The notes below the pieces were generated by a model that worked only from the letters and a program-made list of their open reading frames with translations, was not told where the DNA came from and ran no database searches. This document shows, in pieces, positions 49,028-61,115 of a DNA stretch of 64,000 bases. A program made the position numbers and the translations under genes. How positions within the stretch are numbered: position 1 is the first letter of the stretch; the number at the start of each line of letters is the position of its first letter. This DNA is from an uncultured Candidatus Binatia bacterium (GTDB taxonomy: Bacteria > Desulfobacterota > Binatia > Bin18), in the NCBI GenBank assembly GCA_965214605.1, contig OZ243961.1:1088001-1152000 (forward strand). Reading direction: 5' to 3'.

Positions 49028-49543
49028 CTAATCAAACTCCAGCAGCGCAAACACGTCATGCGGGGCGAGATGCCGACGGCCATCCAAAGTGGTCAGTTCA
49101 ATCAGAAAGGCGACTTCAACCACCTCGCCTCGTAGCTGCTGAATGAGCTGCAGGGCAGCCCGGGCTGTACCACCGGTGGCTAATAGGTCATCAACTAACA
49201 AGACTCGACTGCCGGGTGCAAACGCATCTTGATGGATTTCTAAACGGTCGGTGCCGTACTCTAGTTCATAGTTGGCCGCGAAAGTTGCCGCCGGCAACTT
49301 TTCGGGCTTGCGCACGATCGCCAGGCCGCAGCCTAAGCTATAGGCAAGCGCTGTGCCGACCAGGAAGCCACGCGCCTCTATTCCCACGATCGTATCAACC
49401 CGGTCCCGATAGCGCTCGGTTAGGCGGTCAATGCACACGCGCCAGGCCGGACCGTTGGCCAGCAGGGGGGTGATGTCACGGAACATAATACCCGGTTTGG
49501 GAAAATCTGGGATGCTTCGGATGTAGGCTTTGAGGTCAAGCAT
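49028..49543 (-). CDS. apt: adenine phosphoribosyltransferase
   Basis: IPDFPKPGI.FRDITP, LEYG, VDDLLATGGT. Confidence 0.97.
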   Translation of the reverse strand: MLDLKAYIRSIPDFPKPGIMFRDITPLLANGPAWRVCIDRLTERYRDRVDTIVGIEARGFLVGTALAYSLGCGLAIVRKPEKLPAATFAANYELEYGTDRLEIHQDAFAPGSRVLLVDDLLATGGTARAALQLIQQLRGEVVEVAFLIELTTLDGRRHLAPHDVFALLEFD

Positions 49544-49559
49544 GACGGTCTCCGACGCG

Positions 49560-50297
49560 TTATTTACTGACTAGCTGACGGTCCGAGGGTAAGAGTTTGA
49601 GCGGATTCTGGGCTTTATTATGACGCCGAATCTCAAAATGCAAATTGGGGCCGGTAGTCCGTCCGGTCTTGCCAACGGCAGCAATCCGCTGGCCCTGTTT
49701 GACAGTCTGGCCCTGTTTGACGTAATGCGCGCTGTTATGGGCATACACCGAGGCATAGCCATTACCGTGCCGAACAATAATAACCTTCCCATAGCCTCGC
49801 AACACCCCGCTGTAGATGACTTCACCTGGAGCGACAGCCACGACCGGGGTGCCGGCCGGAGCGGCAATATCAATCCCATCGTGAAAACTGTTATTGCGCG
49901 GCCCATATTTCGAGGTTACGGTACCAGTAGCCGGCCAGATAAAACGACCCCGAGCTGGACGATCCAACTCATGTTTCTGCTCCTTAACAGCCGTCCGCCT
50001 AGCCGCGATACGTTGGCGCGTCGGCCCAGCCCGGGGCTGGGCGGTCTTCAATGAGTCGGTCCCGCCGTGCGGAATACGCAAGCGCTGGCCAACCTGGATT
50101 TTATCTGGATCAACAAGATTGTTCAGCTGGGAAATCTCTCGGAAAGGGATGCCGTAGCGCACCCCGATAGCAGACAGGGTGTCGCCCGGTCGTACAGTAT
50201 GAACCAGCTGTCTTGCCCCCCGTGAACACCCCGACATGCCCACGCACCAGAGCAGGATGAGCCCCAAGCCAAGGTATATCCGCCTCCGCACCGCCAC
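49560..50297 (-). CDS. LysM + M23 peptidase (NlpD-like lipoprotein)
   Basis: Lipobox MSGC, LysM HTVRPGDTL, M23 HDGID, YAH, HFE. Confidence 0.9.
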   Translation of the reverse strand: MAVRRRIYLGLGLILLWCVGMSGCSRGARQLVHTVRPGDTLSAIGVRYGIPFREISQLNNLVDPDKIQVGQRLRIPHGGTDSLKTAQPRAGPTRQRIAARRTAVKEQKHELDRPARGRFIWPATGTVTSKYGPRNNSFHDGIDIAAPAGTPVVAVAPGEVIYSGVLRGYGKVIIVRHGNGYASVYAHNSAHYVKQGQTVKQGQRIAAVGKTGRTTGPNLHFEIRRHNKAQNPLKLLPSDRQLVSK

Positions 50298-50306
50298 TCC
50301 CTCACA

Positions 50307-50891
50307 CTACCCATACCACCACCCCAGAACAACAAACCCGAGCAGCAGCAGAATGGTAAAGACTATTGTCAGGATGTTGAAGTATTTGTCAATAAAGGTC
50401 TTGATGGTCGGACCGTAATAATAAATCAGGCCGCTGATGAGCAAAAAGCGGGCCGAACGGCTCAGGATCGAAGCAATCACAAATGTCGCCAGCGAGAGCT
50501 GGGTCGCTCCCGCCGCAATGGTAAAAACCTTATACGGAATAGGCGTAAAGCCAGCAATGGCAACGGCCCAGCCCCCGTACTCCACAAACCGCTGCTGGAC
50601 CTCGGCAAACGCGTCCTGAGCGTTGTACAGCTCAATGATTGGCCGTCCGACCCCATCCATCAGCAGCCAGCCTATCAGATAGCCGCCCAGACCACCTGCA
50701 ACAGATCCGACCGAACAGATCAGAGCAAACCGAAAAGCCGCCCCCGGTTTGCCCAAGGCCAGGGCCATCAGCAGCACGTCGGGGGGAATAGGAAAAAAGG
50801 ACGACTCGACAAAAGCGATCAGCAAAAGGGCTAGACCGCCATAGCGATGGTCAGCCCAGCCGAGGACCCAGTCGTATGCCTGTCGAATCAT
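50307..50891 (-). CDS. DedA/YqaA family membrane protein
   Basis: ESSFFPIPPD, FTPIPYK. Confidence 0.92.
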   Translation of the reverse strand: MIRQAYDWVLGWADHRYGGLALLLIAFVESSFFPIPPDVLLMALALGKPGAAFRFALICSVGSVAGGLGGYLIGWLLMDGVGRPIIELYNAQDAFAEVQQRFVEYGGWAVAIAGFTPIPYKVFTIAAGATQLSLATFVIASILSRSARFLLISGLIYYYGPTIKTFIDKYFNILTIVFTILLLLGFVVLGWWYG

Positions 50892-50915
50892 TGAAAGCGG
50901 AAAGAATCATTCCGT

Positions 50916-52532
50916 TCAGACCCGCAACGGAGCGGGCGCCTCGACTGACGCGGGTTGACCGGTACGTTTTTTATCTTTGTACAGTTTGTACTCGATGCTA
51001 TCGACAAGAGCCTGCCAGCTGGCCTCAATCACATTTGGTGAGACTCCAACCGTCCCCCATTTGCTATGTTCGTCCCCGGATTCAATCAACACCCGCACCG
51101 TCGCCCCGGTTCCGGCATCTTCGCCCAGCACCCGGACTTTATAGTCGAGCAGTTCCACGGTCTCGAGTTGGGGATAGAACTGGGTCAGAGCTTTGCGCAG
51201 CGCCCGGTCGAGGGCGTTGATCGGGCCGTTGCCCTGGGCCGCGGTATGCTCAACTGCTCCGTCTGGGCCTTCGACCATGATGGTCGCCTCAGACAGGGAC
51301 GGCCCGTCCTCTTCGTGCTTCTCATCAATCACCCGAAAGCCGATCAAGCGGAAGTGGCGCACCTTGCCGTTAAGAGCTTTTTGCATCAACAGCTCAAACG
51401 ACGCGTCGGCTCCCTCATACTGAAAGCCGGCGCTCTCAAGCTGTTTGACCTCGTGCAGAATCGTTTTTACCGCCGGATCGGTATTGTCCACGTCAAGCCC
51501 AAACTGCTTGGCTTTATAGATCACATTGCTACGACCCGACAAGTCAGAGACCAAGACACGTTGGTGGTTGCCGATCAGTTCAGGATCAATATGTTCGTAG
51601 GTCTCGCGATTTTTTTGGACCGCGGCCACGTGCAACCCGCCTTTATGGGCAAACGCGCTGGCACCAACGTAAGCTTGGCGCTTCTGGGGTTCGATATTGG
51701 CTAGTTCGTACACCGTGCGGGAAACCGTCGGCAATGTCTTGAGCTGGGCTGGGCTGACACACTGGTAGCCTAGTTTGAGTTGCAGATTCGGTACGACTGA
51801 GCACAGGTTGGCGTTTCCACATCGCTCGCCAAAACCGTTAATCGTGCCCTGCACCTGGCCGGCTCCGCCCTCCACACCGGCCAGCGAGTTGGCAACGGCC
51901 AGCTCACAGTCGTTGTGACAGTGAATGCCCAGGCGGCTGCCCAGGCGAGCGGCCGCCTGGGTCAGATCCCGAATCTCGTGCGGCATGCTTCCCCCGCGCG
52001 TATCACATAAGACCAACACATCGGCCCCGGCCTGGGCGGCCACCTTCAGACATTCTAGAGCGTAGTCGGAGTTGGCCTTGTAGCCGTCAAAAAAGTGCTC
52101 GGCATCAAAAAAGACCTCATCCACGCGGGCCTTCAGATAGGCAATCGAGTCACCGATGATTTCGAGGTTCGCCTGTTTTGAGATCCGCAGATCGTCTCGG
52201 ACATGCAAATCCCAGGCCTTACCGACGATGGTGACAACCGGGGTCTCGGCTTGGAGCAACAACCTGATATTCAGGTCATCGCCGGCCGTGATATTGGCAC
52301 GGCGAGTGGAACCAAAAGCGGCGATTTTGGCCTGTTTGAGAGAGAGTTTTTTGACCGCGCTGAAAAATTCCTCATCCCTCGGGTTAGAGCCCGGCCAACC
52401 GCCCTCAATGTAGCTCGTGCCAAAATTGTCCAATTGCTGGACAATCAACAGCTTATCTTCCAGGGTAAAAGCCACGTCTTCGGACTGACAGCCGTCACGC
52501 AGGGTGGTATCGTACAAGACTATGCGTTGCAT
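50916..52532 (-). CDS. cimA: citramalate synthase
   Basis: YDTTLRDG, YIEGGWPGSNP, DAEHFFDG, HCHND, FAHKGG. Confidence 0.9.
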   Translation of the reverse strand: MQRIVLYDTTLRDGCQSEDVAFTLEDKLLIVQQLDNFGTSYIEGGWPGSNPRDEEFFSAVKKLSLKQAKIAAFGSTRRANITAGDDLNIRLLLQAETPVVTIVGKAWDLHVRDDLRISKQANLEIIGDSIAYLKARVDEVFFDAEHFFDGYKANSDYALECLKVAAQAGADVLVLCDTRGGSMPHEIRDLTQAAARLGSRLGIHCHNDCELAVANSLAGVEGGAGQVQGTINGFGERCGNANLCSVVPNLQLKLGYQCVSPAQLKTLPTVSRTVYELANIEPQKRQAYVGASAFAHKGGLHVAAVQKNRETYEHIDPELIGNHQRVLVSDLSGRSNVIYKAKQFGLDVDNTDPAVKTILHEVKQLESAGFQYEGADASFELLMQKALNGKVRHFRLIGFRVIDEKHEEDGPSLSEATIMVEGPDGAVEHTAAQGNGPINALDRALRKALTQFYPQLETVELLDYKVRVLGEDAGTGATVRVLIESGDEHSKWGTVGVSPNVIEASWQALVDSIEYKLYKDKKRTGQPASVEAPAPLRV

Positions 52533-52579
52533 GGTGGACCTCTGAGAAATAGGATCTCCGTATCGGGACGGGGGCGCTG

Positions 52580-53794
52580 CTACTGAGCAGGGGCGATAAA
52601 CTCGTCGTGCAAGACGCGGACGGCAAGTTCACGGTATTTGGCCTCAATGACAATAGAAATTTTAATCTCTGAGGTCGAAATCATCTGAATATTAATCCCC
52701 TCACGGGCTAAGACCTGAAACATGCGAGACGCCACCCCGGCATGGCTACGCATGCCGAGTCCAACGATGGACACTTTGGCGACCTGTGTATCAAACGTCA
52801 CTCCGCCGGCCTGAATCTCCTCGGCAATACGTTCAACCCGGCTCAGTGCTCTCTGTACGTCGTCTTGGGGCACGGTGAAGGTCAGATCGGTAGAGCCCTC
52901 AGCACTCGCGTTTTGGATGATCATATCGACCACAATATTGTCATCCGCGATAGGGGTAAACAGCTTGGCCGCCAAACCGGGTCGGTCGGGAACCCGCTGC
53001 AGGGTAATTTTGACTTGGTTCAGGTCGGACGTCACGCCTGAGACGATCACGTCTTCCATACTCGGTTCCTCTTCGACCAGAAACGTTCCGGTGTCCGGCA
53101 CAAAGCTCGACCGGACATGGACCGCTACGTGGTGGCGTTTGGCGAACTCAACCGATCGAATCTGCAAAACTTTTGCCCCCAGGCTGGCCAACTCAAGCAT
53201 CTCGTCATAGGAGACACGCTGCATTTTTCGGGCGTTGGGGCAGATGCGCGGATCGGCAGTATACACGCCGTCCACATCGGTGTAGATCTCACACACCTCG
53301 GCTTGGGTCACGGCCGCAATAGCTACCGCCGAGGTGTCCGATCCGCCCCGGCCCAGAGTGGTAATATTGTCGTCGGCGTCAACTCCCTGAAAGCCGGCCA
53401 CCACCACGATGGCGCCGTTGTTGAGCGCGCCGGTCAAGCGGTCGGTTGCGATACGCTGAATCCGCGCCCGGCCAAAGGTACTATCGGTAGTGATTTCGAC
53501 CTGGTGGCCGAGCAGCGGTTGGGTCGGATAGCCCATGTCTTTCAGAGCCATAGACAGTAGGGCCACAGTCACTTGTTCTCCAGTTGAAACCAAGAGATCG
53601 CTGGCCTGGGCGTCGGGGCGATCGGTCACCTGCCCGGCTAGTCCTAACAGCCGGTCCGTCTCACCGCTCATGGCCGACACCACAACCGCGACCCGATGGC
53701 CAGCGTTGCGAGTTTTGGCAATCCGCTGGGCGACCGCCTTGATTCGGTCAGGCGATCCGACCGATGTTCCGCCGTATTTCTGAACAATAAGCAT
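52580..53794 (-). CDS. lysC: aspartate kinase
   Basis: [23 protein letters not shown], two ACT domains. Confidence 0.96.
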   Translation of the reverse strand: MLIVQKYGGTSVGSPDRIKAVAQRIAKTRNAGHRVAVVVSAMSGETDRLLGLAGQVTDRPDAQASDLLVSTGEQVTVALLSMALKDMGYPTQPLLGHQVEITTDSTFGRARIQRIATDRLTGALNNGAIVVVAGFQGVDADDNITTLGRGGSDTSAVAIAAVTQAEVCEIYTDVDGVYTADPRICPNARKMQRVSYDEMLELASLGAKVLQIRSVEFAKRHHVAVHVRSSFVPDTGTFLVEEEPSMEDVIVSGVTSDLNQVKITLQRVPDRPGLAAKLFTPIADDNIVVDMIIQNASAEGSTDLTFTVPQDDVQRALSRVERIAEEIQAGGVTFDTQVAKVSIVGLGMRSHAGVASRMFQVLAREGINIQMISTSEIKISIVIEAKYRELAVRVLHDEFIAPAQ

Positions 53795-53805
53795 GGAATC
53801 CGTCT

Positions 53806-54300
53806 TCAGCAGAAAAAACGAGAGGGCTCACCAAGCCGGCGTATCAAGCGTCGGTAGGGCTCACCATACGCCGTCAACGTAATCATTCGGACATCGGCAT
53901 GAGCGATGCGCAAGGACACTAGCAGATACTCCTCAAGCAGGTTGACCGGGAGAAACCGAAACCATTCGACGGCGCTCACCCCCCGGCCAAACAGATACTC
54001 CTCAAACCCGAGCTCTTCCATATCCTCGGTCTCAAGGCCTTCCAAACGGTACAAGTCGATATGGAATAGAGCAGCCTTCTCCCTATAATGCTCGGCGATG
54101 AGAGTAAAGGTGGGGCTGGCAACCGCATCACCATCAAGCCCTAGGCCGGTGGCTAAGCCCTTCACAAAGCAGGTCTTGCCAGCCCCCAGATCACCCTCAA
54201 GGCCGACGACGGCTCCGGGCGATAATCTCCGCCCGATCTCTCGGCCGAGTGCCCGAGTCTGTTGGGGACTACCAGTTCGTACGGTCAAGCTAGAATTCAT
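53806..54300 (-). CDS. tsaE: tRNA threonylcarbamoyladenosine biosynthesis ATPase
   Basis: [22 protein letters not shown]. Confidence 0.95.
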   Translation of the reverse strand: MNSSLTVRTGSPQQTRALGREIGRRLSPGAVVGLEGDLGAGKTCFVKGLATGLGLDGDAVASPTFTLIAEHYREKAALFHIDLYRLEGLETEDMEELGFEEYLFGRGVSAVEWFRFLPVNLLEEYLLVSLRIAHADVRMITLTAYGEPYRRLIRRLGEPSRFFC

Positions 54301-54314
54301 GGCTGAAGCGCCGT

Positions 54315-55901
54315 CTAGCCAGTCGGCTGATGGGCCTGAGTTGACAAGGACTGCAGTGAGCGCGGCAGCCGGTCGATAACGTCTCGGGCCAGTATTCCGA
54401 CTGGTCCGAGCTCTTGGGCTGCCAGGTCACCCGCGCTGCCGTGGACGAAAACGCCTAACTGACACGCCTCAGCAGGCCGATAGCCTTGGGCCAGCAGACC
54501 GCCGATGATACCGGCCAGGACGTCGCCCATCCCTCCGCTGGCCATACCAGGGTTACCAGTCGGATTGATCCAGGCCCAGCCGTCGGGAGCAGCGATCACC
54601 GTCCGAGCGCCTTTGAGGACAACATAACATCCGGAGTGGCTAGCGAAGCTGCGAGCGACGTCAAGGCGATCGACCTGGACCTCGGCCGTGCTGGTGCCGG
54701 TCAGCCGCGCCATCTCACCCGGATGTGGGGTCAGCACGACCGGCTGCGACGCCTCGCCCAGCATGTCGGGCTGGGCTGCTACACAGTTCAGGCCGTCGGC
54801 GTCGATTAGGAGCGGCATCTCGGTATTCTTGAGCAACCAGCGGGTCAGCTTCAGCGTGTCGGCAGAGACGCCAATACCGGGTCCAAACGCGATGGCGGTC
54901 CGGTCCTGGAGCGCCGCCGTATAGGGCGCTCTTGACGCCATCCGCAGACTGCCGTCGGCGCGTTCGGGAAGGCCGAGCGTCATGGCTTCGAGCAGGACCG
55001 AAGAAAAGACCGGAATAAGAGACTCCGGTCCAGCCAGCGTCACCAAACCGGTTCCGATCCGCAGGCTAGCAGAGGCGGCCAACAGCGCGGCGCCGCTCTT
55101 GCCGCGGGCACCAGCCAAGACCACCAGGTGTCCGAAGCGGCCCTTGTGTGATTCGGGCTGACGCGGCTGGACAAAGAGGCCCACTGTTTCAGGACTCAGC
55201 AAACCCAACGTCGGCTCGACCGCGGCCAACGCCTCAGGCGCAACCCCGATATCGACGACGACCAGACGACCGACATACTTCAGCCCAGGATACAGGCTGA
55301 GGCCGAGCTTAGGATAGCCGAACGTGACGGTCAGCTGAGCTCGAACTGCGGCCTCCAGAGGCTGTCCGTTGTCGGCGTCTAAGCCGGACGGAATATCAAC
55401 TGCGACCACCGGCCGGCCACTGGCATTGACCAGCTTGATCAGTTCGGCAGCCATCCCCCGGACCGGCGCGTTGAGCCCGGTTCCCAGCAGGGCATCGACA
55501 ACGACACAACAGCTACTGAGTTTGTCCTGAACCAGCGTCAGCTGCTCCAGCTGCGTTACTTCGGTAATCCGCCCGCGGCCGCGGGCAAAGGCCAGCATAT
55601 TGTGGCGCGCATCGCCTCTCACCGCCGCCCGTTTTGCGGCCAAGACGACCTCACAGGCGAGGCCGTGTTTTTTGAGTAAGCGGGCCATCACAAAGCCGTC
55701 GCCACCGTTGTTGCCCTTGCCGGCCAGCACCAAAACGGTAGCGTTCTTCTTATCGCTCAGGAGCTGCGGAAACGCTGCAAGCAGGTGGGCCGTTGCCCCG
55801 GCTCCAGCCCGTTCCATGAGTACCCGCCCCGGCGTTCCGTAGCGTTCAATGGTGAGCCGATCAATCTCACGCATCTGTTGGCCAGTCACCAGATACATCA
55901 C
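54315..55901 (-). CDS. nnr: bifunctional NAD(P)H-hydrate epimerase/dehydratase
   Basis: GKGNNGGDG, DALLGTG, DIPSG, GPG, DADGLN, TPHPGE, GMGDVL. Confidence 0.95.
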   Translation of the reverse strand: MMYLVTGQQMREIDRLTIERYGTPGRVLMERAGAGATAHLLAAFPQLLSDKKNATVLVLAGKGNNGGDGFVMARLLKKHGLACEVVLAAKRAAVRGDARHNMLAFARGRGRITEVTQLEQLTLVQDKLSSCCVVVDALLGTGLNAPVRGMAAELIKLVNASGRPVVAVDIPSGLDADNGQPLEAAVRAQLTVTFGYPKLGLSLYPGLKYVGRLVVVDIGVAPEALAAVEPTLGLLSPETVGLFVQPRQPESHKGRFGHLVVLAGARGKSGAALLAASASLRIGTGLVTLAGPESLIPVFSSVLLEAMTLGLPERADGSLRMASRAPYTAALQDRTAIAFGPGIGVSADTLKLTRWLLKNTEMPLLIDADGLNCVAAQPDMLGEASQPVVLTPHPGEMARLTGTSTAEVQVDRLDVARSFASHSGCYVVLKGARTVIAAPDGWAWINPTGNPGMASGGMGDVLAGIIGGLLAQGYRPAEACQLGVFVHGSAGDLAAQELGPVGILARDVIDRLPRSLQSLSTQAHQPTG

Positions 55902-55909
55902 GGTATCCT

Positions 55910-57307
55910 CTACTCCGGTACGCCCAGGTGTGTACGCACCGCGTCGGCCACCTCCTCACCGTAGCCGTGCACCCGGCTCTCGTCGGTTCCTTCGACCATG
56001 ACCCTCACCAAAGGTTCGGTACCGGAGTAGCGCACCAGTAGACGGCCGGAATTGCCCAGCGCTTTGGTCACCCGTTGCATGGTCAGGGCAATAGGTTCGA
56101 CGCTGGTTAGATCACACCGCTCACGGACCCTGATGTTAATCAGGTGTTGCGGATAGCGCGCCATGATGTGCTTGAGTTCGGACAGTGGCCGTTGGCGCTG
56201 GAGCATGATGGCTAAAAGCGACAGAAAGGTGATCAGACCGTCCCCAGTCGTGTTGGTGTCTAAGAAGACAACATGCCCAGACTGTTCTCCGCCCAGCACA
56301 TATCCACCCCGCCGCATCGCTTCGACCACATAGCGGTCACCGACCGGAGTCCGAACCAACCGCCCGCCCATACGGCGCAGCGCCACCTCAAGGCCGAGAT
56401 TGCTCATCACGGTTGCCACCAAGGTCTTATGTGGAAGTTTGCCGGTGCGCAACTTTTCCTCAGCAGCAATGGCCAAAATGGCGTCACCATCGACAATCTC
56501 GGCGGTCTCGTCAACCAGGATGGCCCGATCTGCGTCGCCATCAAGAGCCAGCCCGATGTCCGCCCCGGTCTCTCGGACCAGCCGTTGGACGTGGTAGGGG
56601 TGGAGCGCTCCACAGTCGGCGTTAATATTCTCCCCGTCTGGCTCAACCCCAATCGCGGTCACCTGTGCGCCCAGTTCGGCCAAGACTTCGGGGGCTACTC
56701 TATAGCCAGCGCCGTTGGCACAGTCGATAACGATTTTGACCCCTTCCAGGGTCAGCTCGCGCGGAAAAGTAGTCTTGGCAAAGACGTTATAGCGTCCCAG
56801 GGCATCATCGATCCGGGCGGCCTTGCCGATGGCGGTCGCGGTAGGCCGCAAATGGTCAATCTTCCCATCCATAACCAGCGCTTCGATGTTATCTTCGACG
56901 CCGTCAGGCAACTTGAACCCATCCCGCGAAAAAATCTTGACTCCATTATCCTGGAACGGATTATGCGAGGCGGAGATCATGACCCCGGCATTCGCCCGCT
57001 GGCTGCGGGTCAGAAAGGCAACTCCAGGAGTTGGTAGGGGCCCGACCAAGAGCACGTCCGCACCCATCGAACAGATGCCGGACGCCAGAGCGGTCTCAAG
57101 CATATACCCCGACAAACGGGTATCCTTGCCAATCAGAATTTTATGCCGACCTGGGACATCACGAAAGACATAGGCCAGCGCTCGTCCGAGCCGTAGCGCC
57201 GTTTCTGCCGTTATCGGCTCGATATTGGCAACCCCCCGGATCCCGTCAGTACCAAACAAGCGTCCCCCCGTGTGCCCATCGCCCTGTCCATTTCCACTGT
57301 CCGTCAT
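55910..57307 (-). CDS. glmM: phosphoglucosamine mutase
   Basis: FGTDG, SASHNP, DGDADR, GGEQSGH, RYSGTEP. Confidence 0.96.
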   Translation of the reverse strand: MTDSGNGQGDGHTGGRLFGTDGIRGVANIEPITAETALRLGRALAYVFRDVPGRHKILIGKDTRLSGYMLETALASGICSMGADVLLVGPLPTPGVAFLTRSQRANAGVMISASHNPFQDNGVKIFSRDGFKLPDGVEDNIEALVMDGKIDHLRPTATAIGKAARIDDALGRYNVFAKTTFPRELTLEGVKIVIDCANGAGYRVAPEVLAELGAQVTAIGVEPDGENINADCGALHPYHVQRLVRETGADIGLALDGDADRAILVDETAEIVDGDAILAIAAEEKLRTGKLPHKTLVATVMSNLGLEVALRRMGGRLVRTPVGDRYVVEAMRRGGYVLGGEQSGHVVFLDTNTTGDGLITFLSLLAIMLQRQRPLSELKHIMARYPQHLINIRVRERCDLTSVEPIALTMQRVTKALGNSGRLLVRYSGTEPLVRVMVEGTDESRVHGYGEEVADAVRTHLGVPE

Positions 57308-57344
57308 AAACCTGTCCCTCTCACTTGTACAGGTGGCAGCGCTG

Positions 57345-58343
57345 TTATTGCCCACCCACCCCGGTGGGTTCCTCTTCGGCGTCTTGATTGTCTTCACCCG
57401 GCCGAGCAACCTGCCCGTTCGTCAGAGTTAAAGACACCTCCATCGGCTCCTGGGAGACAATCTCAACCCCCGGCGGCACCAGAACCGTTATGGTGGCCGG
57501 GGCGGTGCCCGACTTGTGTCCGGCCGCATCAATAAATACCTCTTCCTCACTCAACTGTAACTGTTCCAGCACCCGTTGCGGGCCGTGCACGACAACATCA
57601 ACCGTGGTCGGAGAAAGCGCGGCGACTAGGTCCGTATTGCGCACGGTCAACGTGATCTGTGGAAAGGCGCGCGAGATCATCACATCCTGAATCTCAACTC
57701 GAACGCGAACTTGTGGCAGGTTGTAGGCCAGCAGGTCATCCTGCGGCCGTATTAAATCGAGATCAAGCGTCGTCGATTGAGTCAAGCGACTCAGCTGCAG
57801 GGGCTCGGTCAGCACCGACCGGAGACGAGCCACAGCAGGAGCCGGACCGGTGACTTCGACCGTATCAGGCACCAGCTCCATCTCGCCGGCTTGATAGCCC
57901 GAGGGTGGCTCGCCTTGGACGTCGAGATGGATCGGCAAGGTGCGCGTCTCAATCCGGGTAATGTCAAGGTTGATTTGAGACGGACTGATCCGCACCAGCT
58001 GTACCCCACGCGGCAGACTGAGCCGTTCAGCTCCAATCCGGAAAGACGACTGCCCAGGACGCATTCCGGTCAGGTCCAACACGATCTTTGGTTGGTTGAG
58101 TAAGCCTAAGAGGGTGCGCGGTCCGAGGACTTGGACATCGACCGAAGCAACCTGGACTCCGGTCACGACCAAGTGGGGCGGCAGGTTTCGCCATTCGAGC
58201 GGAACGGTCAGCGACTTTTCAGTATCCCGCTCTCCAGCATTCACCATCAGCCACAGCCCGGCTGCAAAGACCAGAGAAAACACTTTCACAAAAATGTTCC
58301 GAAAGATGATCCGCCACAGGAGGTGCAATCCGTCCTTAAGCAT
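57345..58343 (-). CDS. cdaR: CdaR/YbbR-family diadenylate cyclase regulator
   Basis: N-terminal TM plus repeated 'P..V.V.GP' YbbR units; lies between cdaA and glmM. Confidence 0.85.
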   Translation of the reverse strand: MLKDGLHLLWRIIFRNIFVKVFSLVFAAGLWLMVNAGERDTEKSLTVPLEWRNLPPHLVVTGVQVASVDVQVLGPRTLLGLLNQPKIVLDLTGMRPGQSSFRIGAERLSLPRGVQLVRISPSQINLDITRIETRTLPIHLDVQGEPPSGYQAGEMELVPDTVEVTGPAPAVARLRSVLTEPLQLSRLTQSTTLDLDLIRPQDDLLAYNLPQVRVRVEIQDVMISRAFPQITLTVRNTDLVAALSPTTVDVVVHGPQRVLEQLQLSEEEVFIDAAGHKSGTAPATITVLVPPGVEIVSQEPMEVSLTLTNGQVARPGEDNQDAEEEPTGVGGQ

Positions 58344-59091
58344 GGACAAAAAACTGTTGGAGCGAGACGCGGAGCGTGGCGACATCTAAGTCATGCTCAA
58401 TCCGCCCTTCCCGTACCAAGGACACAGTCCCTTCTTCTTCCGATACTATCACAACAAGCGCGTCGGTTTCCTCGGTCAGTCCGATTGCCGCCCGATGACG
58501 AGCGCCCAGATTTTTATTCACGTTAGGATTAACGGTCAGCGGCAAGAAACACCCCGCTGCGGTAATGCGCCCAGCCTGAATGACAACTGCTCCGTCATGA
58601 ATCGGCGAGGCAGTCAGAAAAATACTCCCCAGTAATTCTTTACTCACCCGGGCATCAAGCGGGGTGCCACCCCCGATGTACTCGTTGAGCCCGACGGTTC
58701 GTTCCAGAACGATCAGCGCCCCAATCCGTTTTGAGGCCAACGAAACCGCAGCTCGGCTCACCTCCTCAGCAACCGAGGTATACGTACTCCGGGTGCGTAC
58801 CCCGAGCAAGGACCCACGTCCCATCTCGGTCAAGGCCCGACGGATGTCGTTTTGAAACAGCACGACAATAACGAGCAGGATAGAGCCAAGGAAATTATCC
58901 AGCATCCAGTTCAGGGTGTAGAGCTCCAAAACCTGAGAGCCGAGATAGGTCAGAAACAGAAGGACCAAGCCGACCAACATTTGCACCGCTCGAGTCCCCC
59001 GGATCAGATGGATGATCCAGTACACCCCACAGGCAATGAGGACGACATCAAGGAGGTCTTGCCAGCGCAGCTGAATAAAGAGATCGGACAT
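58336..59091 (-). CDS. cdaA: diadenylate cyclase CdaA/DacA
   Basis: Three TMs; HDGA and RHRAA catalytic motifs. Confidence 0.95.
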   Translation of the reverse strand: MSDLFIQLRWQDLLDVVLIACGVYWIIHLIRGTRAVQMLVGLVLLFLTYLGSQVLELYTLNWMLDNFLGSILLVIVVLFQNDIRRALTEMGRGSLLGVRTRSTYTSVAEEVSRAAVSLASKRIGALIVLERTVGLNEYIGGGTPLDARVSKELLGSIFLTASPIHDGAVVIQAGRITAAGCFLPLTVNPNVNKNLGARHRAAIGLTEETDALVVIVSEEEGTVSLVREGRIEHDLDVATLRVSLQQFFVHA

Positions 59092-59242
59092 GGGGCTCAG
59101 GCTGCTGCCCCCACACGAACCACCCTCCGCTCAGACACAGACGGCGTCTGTAGGCTGGTCCAGGGGCGTCCGCTGAGGACAACGGTCGAGCCCCGGTTGC
59201 CAAGACGGGCGGCGTGCGGCATGGGTAGCCTCAACTTTTGGA

Positions 59243-61084
59243 CTAGGCCTCGGCTGGTGCCGGTGAATCGCTCGCCGCGTTTGGATCTTTGCCAAAGAGT
59301 TTAATCATCTCGGCAATCTCGGCCCCATCCAGGACTTCTTTCTCCAGGAGATGCTCAGCCATCTTGTGCAAGACCTCGATATTGGTCTGCAACAGCACCT
59401 TGGCTCGCTCGTAGGCGTTCATGATGATCCGACGAACCTCGCTATCAATCTCAATCGCCGTCTGCTCAGAGTATTCTTTCATTTGGGTGAAATCACGGCC
59501 CAGAAAAATCTGTTCATCTTTCTTACCAAACGTCATTGGGCCGAGCTTTTCGCTCATACCCCACTCACACACCATACGACGGGCCAGTTCGGTCGCTTTC
59601 TCGATATCGTCGCCCGCGCCGGTCGTGGTATGGCCGAGCACGATCTCTTCCGCCACCCGACCGCCAAACATAATCGCCAAACGCTTGAGCACGTACTCTT
59701 TGGAGAAGGTATGACGGTCGTCGACCGGGACCTGCTGGGTCACGCCGAGTGCCATCCCACGCGGGATAATCGAGACTTTGTGGACCGGATCAGTGCCCGG
59801 AGTGAGTCCAGCGACAAGCGCGTGGCCTGCCTCGTGATAGGCAGTGTTACGTTTCTCTTCAGACGTCAGAATCAGACTGCGCCGCTCGGCTCCCATTAAA
59901 ACCTTATCTTTGGACAGCTCAAAGTCTTCCATACTGACTTTTTCTTTGTTTTGGCGGGCGGCCAGCAGGGCGGCCTCGTTCACGAGGTTCTCGAGGTCGG
60001 CCCCGGAGAACCCCGGCGTTGTGCGGGCCAGGGTTTCGACATCAACGCTCTCGTCGATTGGCACATGGCGACTGTGAACACGCAGAATCTCTTCGCGGCC
60101 GCGGACATCCGGACGGGGCACCACCACCCGCCGATCAAATCGCCCCGGCCGCAGCAGGGCGGGATCGAGAACATCAGGCCGGTTGGTGGCTGCAATAAGA
60201 ATGACCCCCTCATTGGCCTCGAAACCGTCCATTTCGACCAAGAGCTGGTTAAGCGTCTGTTCGCGCTCGTCGTGGCCGCCCCCCAGCCCCGCCCCACGGT
60301 GGCGTCCAACCGCATCAATTTCGTCGATGAAGATCAGACATGGAGCCTGTTTTTTGCCCTGGATAAACAGATCGCGGACGCGGGATGCCCCGACCCCGAC
60401 AAACATCTCGACAAAGTCTGAGCCGCTTATTGAGAAGAACGGCACCCCGGCCTCGCCGGCAATGGCACGGGCTAGCAGCGTTTTCCCGGTTCCCGGTGCG
60501 CCCACCAGCAATACGCCCTTGGGAATACGACCGCCTAGGCGGGTAAACTTTTTGGGATCTTTCAGAAAGGCAATGATCTCTTCGAGCTCTTGTTTGGCCT
60601 CCTCAATACCCGCAACGTCGCTAAAAGTGACTTTTTGCTGATTTTCGGTCAACACCTTGGCCCGGCTCTTACCAAACGACATAGCCTTGCCCCCACCCAT
60701 CTGCATCTGGCGCATAAAGAACACCCAGACACCGATGAGGAGCAACATCGGGAACCATTGGACTAAGACCGCCACATACCACGGATCGCCCTGTTCGGGC
60801 TTGGCGGCAACCCGCACGCCCTGCTCGCGCAGGGTCCGCAGCAATTCAGGATCATCGGGCGAGGGCGCAAAGGTTTTAAAGCGGCTGTCGTCACTAAAGC
60901 GGCCATAAATCGTCTGCCCCTGTATGGTGACTTCGGAGACCTCACCGCGTTTGAGGGCGGAGAAGAAATCGCTAAACACCACCTCAGGTCTTTGAGGCTG
61001 CTGGCGGCTGAATAAATTAAACAGCAGGAGAATCATGAGTCCCAACACCAGCCATAAAGCGAGATTGTGTGAAACTTTGTTCAC
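59243..61084 (-). CDS. ftsH: ATP-dependent zinc metalloprotease FtsH
   Basis: [24 protein letters not shown]; likely GTG start at 61084. Confidence 0.97.
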   Translation of the reverse strand: MNKVSHNLALWLVLGLMILLLFNLFSRQQPQRPEVVFSDFFSALKRGEVSEVTIQGQTIYGRFSDDSRFKTFAPSPDDPELLRTLREQGVRVAAKPEQGDPWYVAVLVQWFPMLLLIGVWVFFMRQMQMGGGKAMSFGKSRAKVLTENQQKVTFSDVAGIEEAKQELEEIIAFLKDPKKFTRLGGRIPKGVLLVGAPGTGKTLLARAIAGEAGVPFFSISGSDFVEMFVGVGASRVRDLFIQGKKQAPCLIFIDEIDAVGRHRGAGLGGGHDEREQTLNQLLVEMDGFEANEGVILIAATNRPDVLDPALLRPGRFDRRVVVPRPDVRGREEILRVHSRHVPIDESVDVETLARTTPGFSGADLENLVNEAALLAARQNKEKVSMEDFELSKDKVLMGAERRSLILTSEEKRNTAYHEAGHALVAGLTPGTDPVHKVSIIPRGMALGVTQQVPVDDRHTFSKEYVLKRLAIMFGGRVAEEIVLGHTTTGAGDDIEKATELARRMVCEWGMSEKLGPMTFGKKDEQIFLGRDFTQMKEYSEQTAIEIDSEVRRIIMNAYERAKVLLQTNIEVLHKMAEHLLEKEVLDGAEIAEMIKLFGKDPNAASDSPAPAEA

Positions 61085-61115
61085 TCCTTGCCCCTTTCCA
61101 TCATACACGGCCAAC

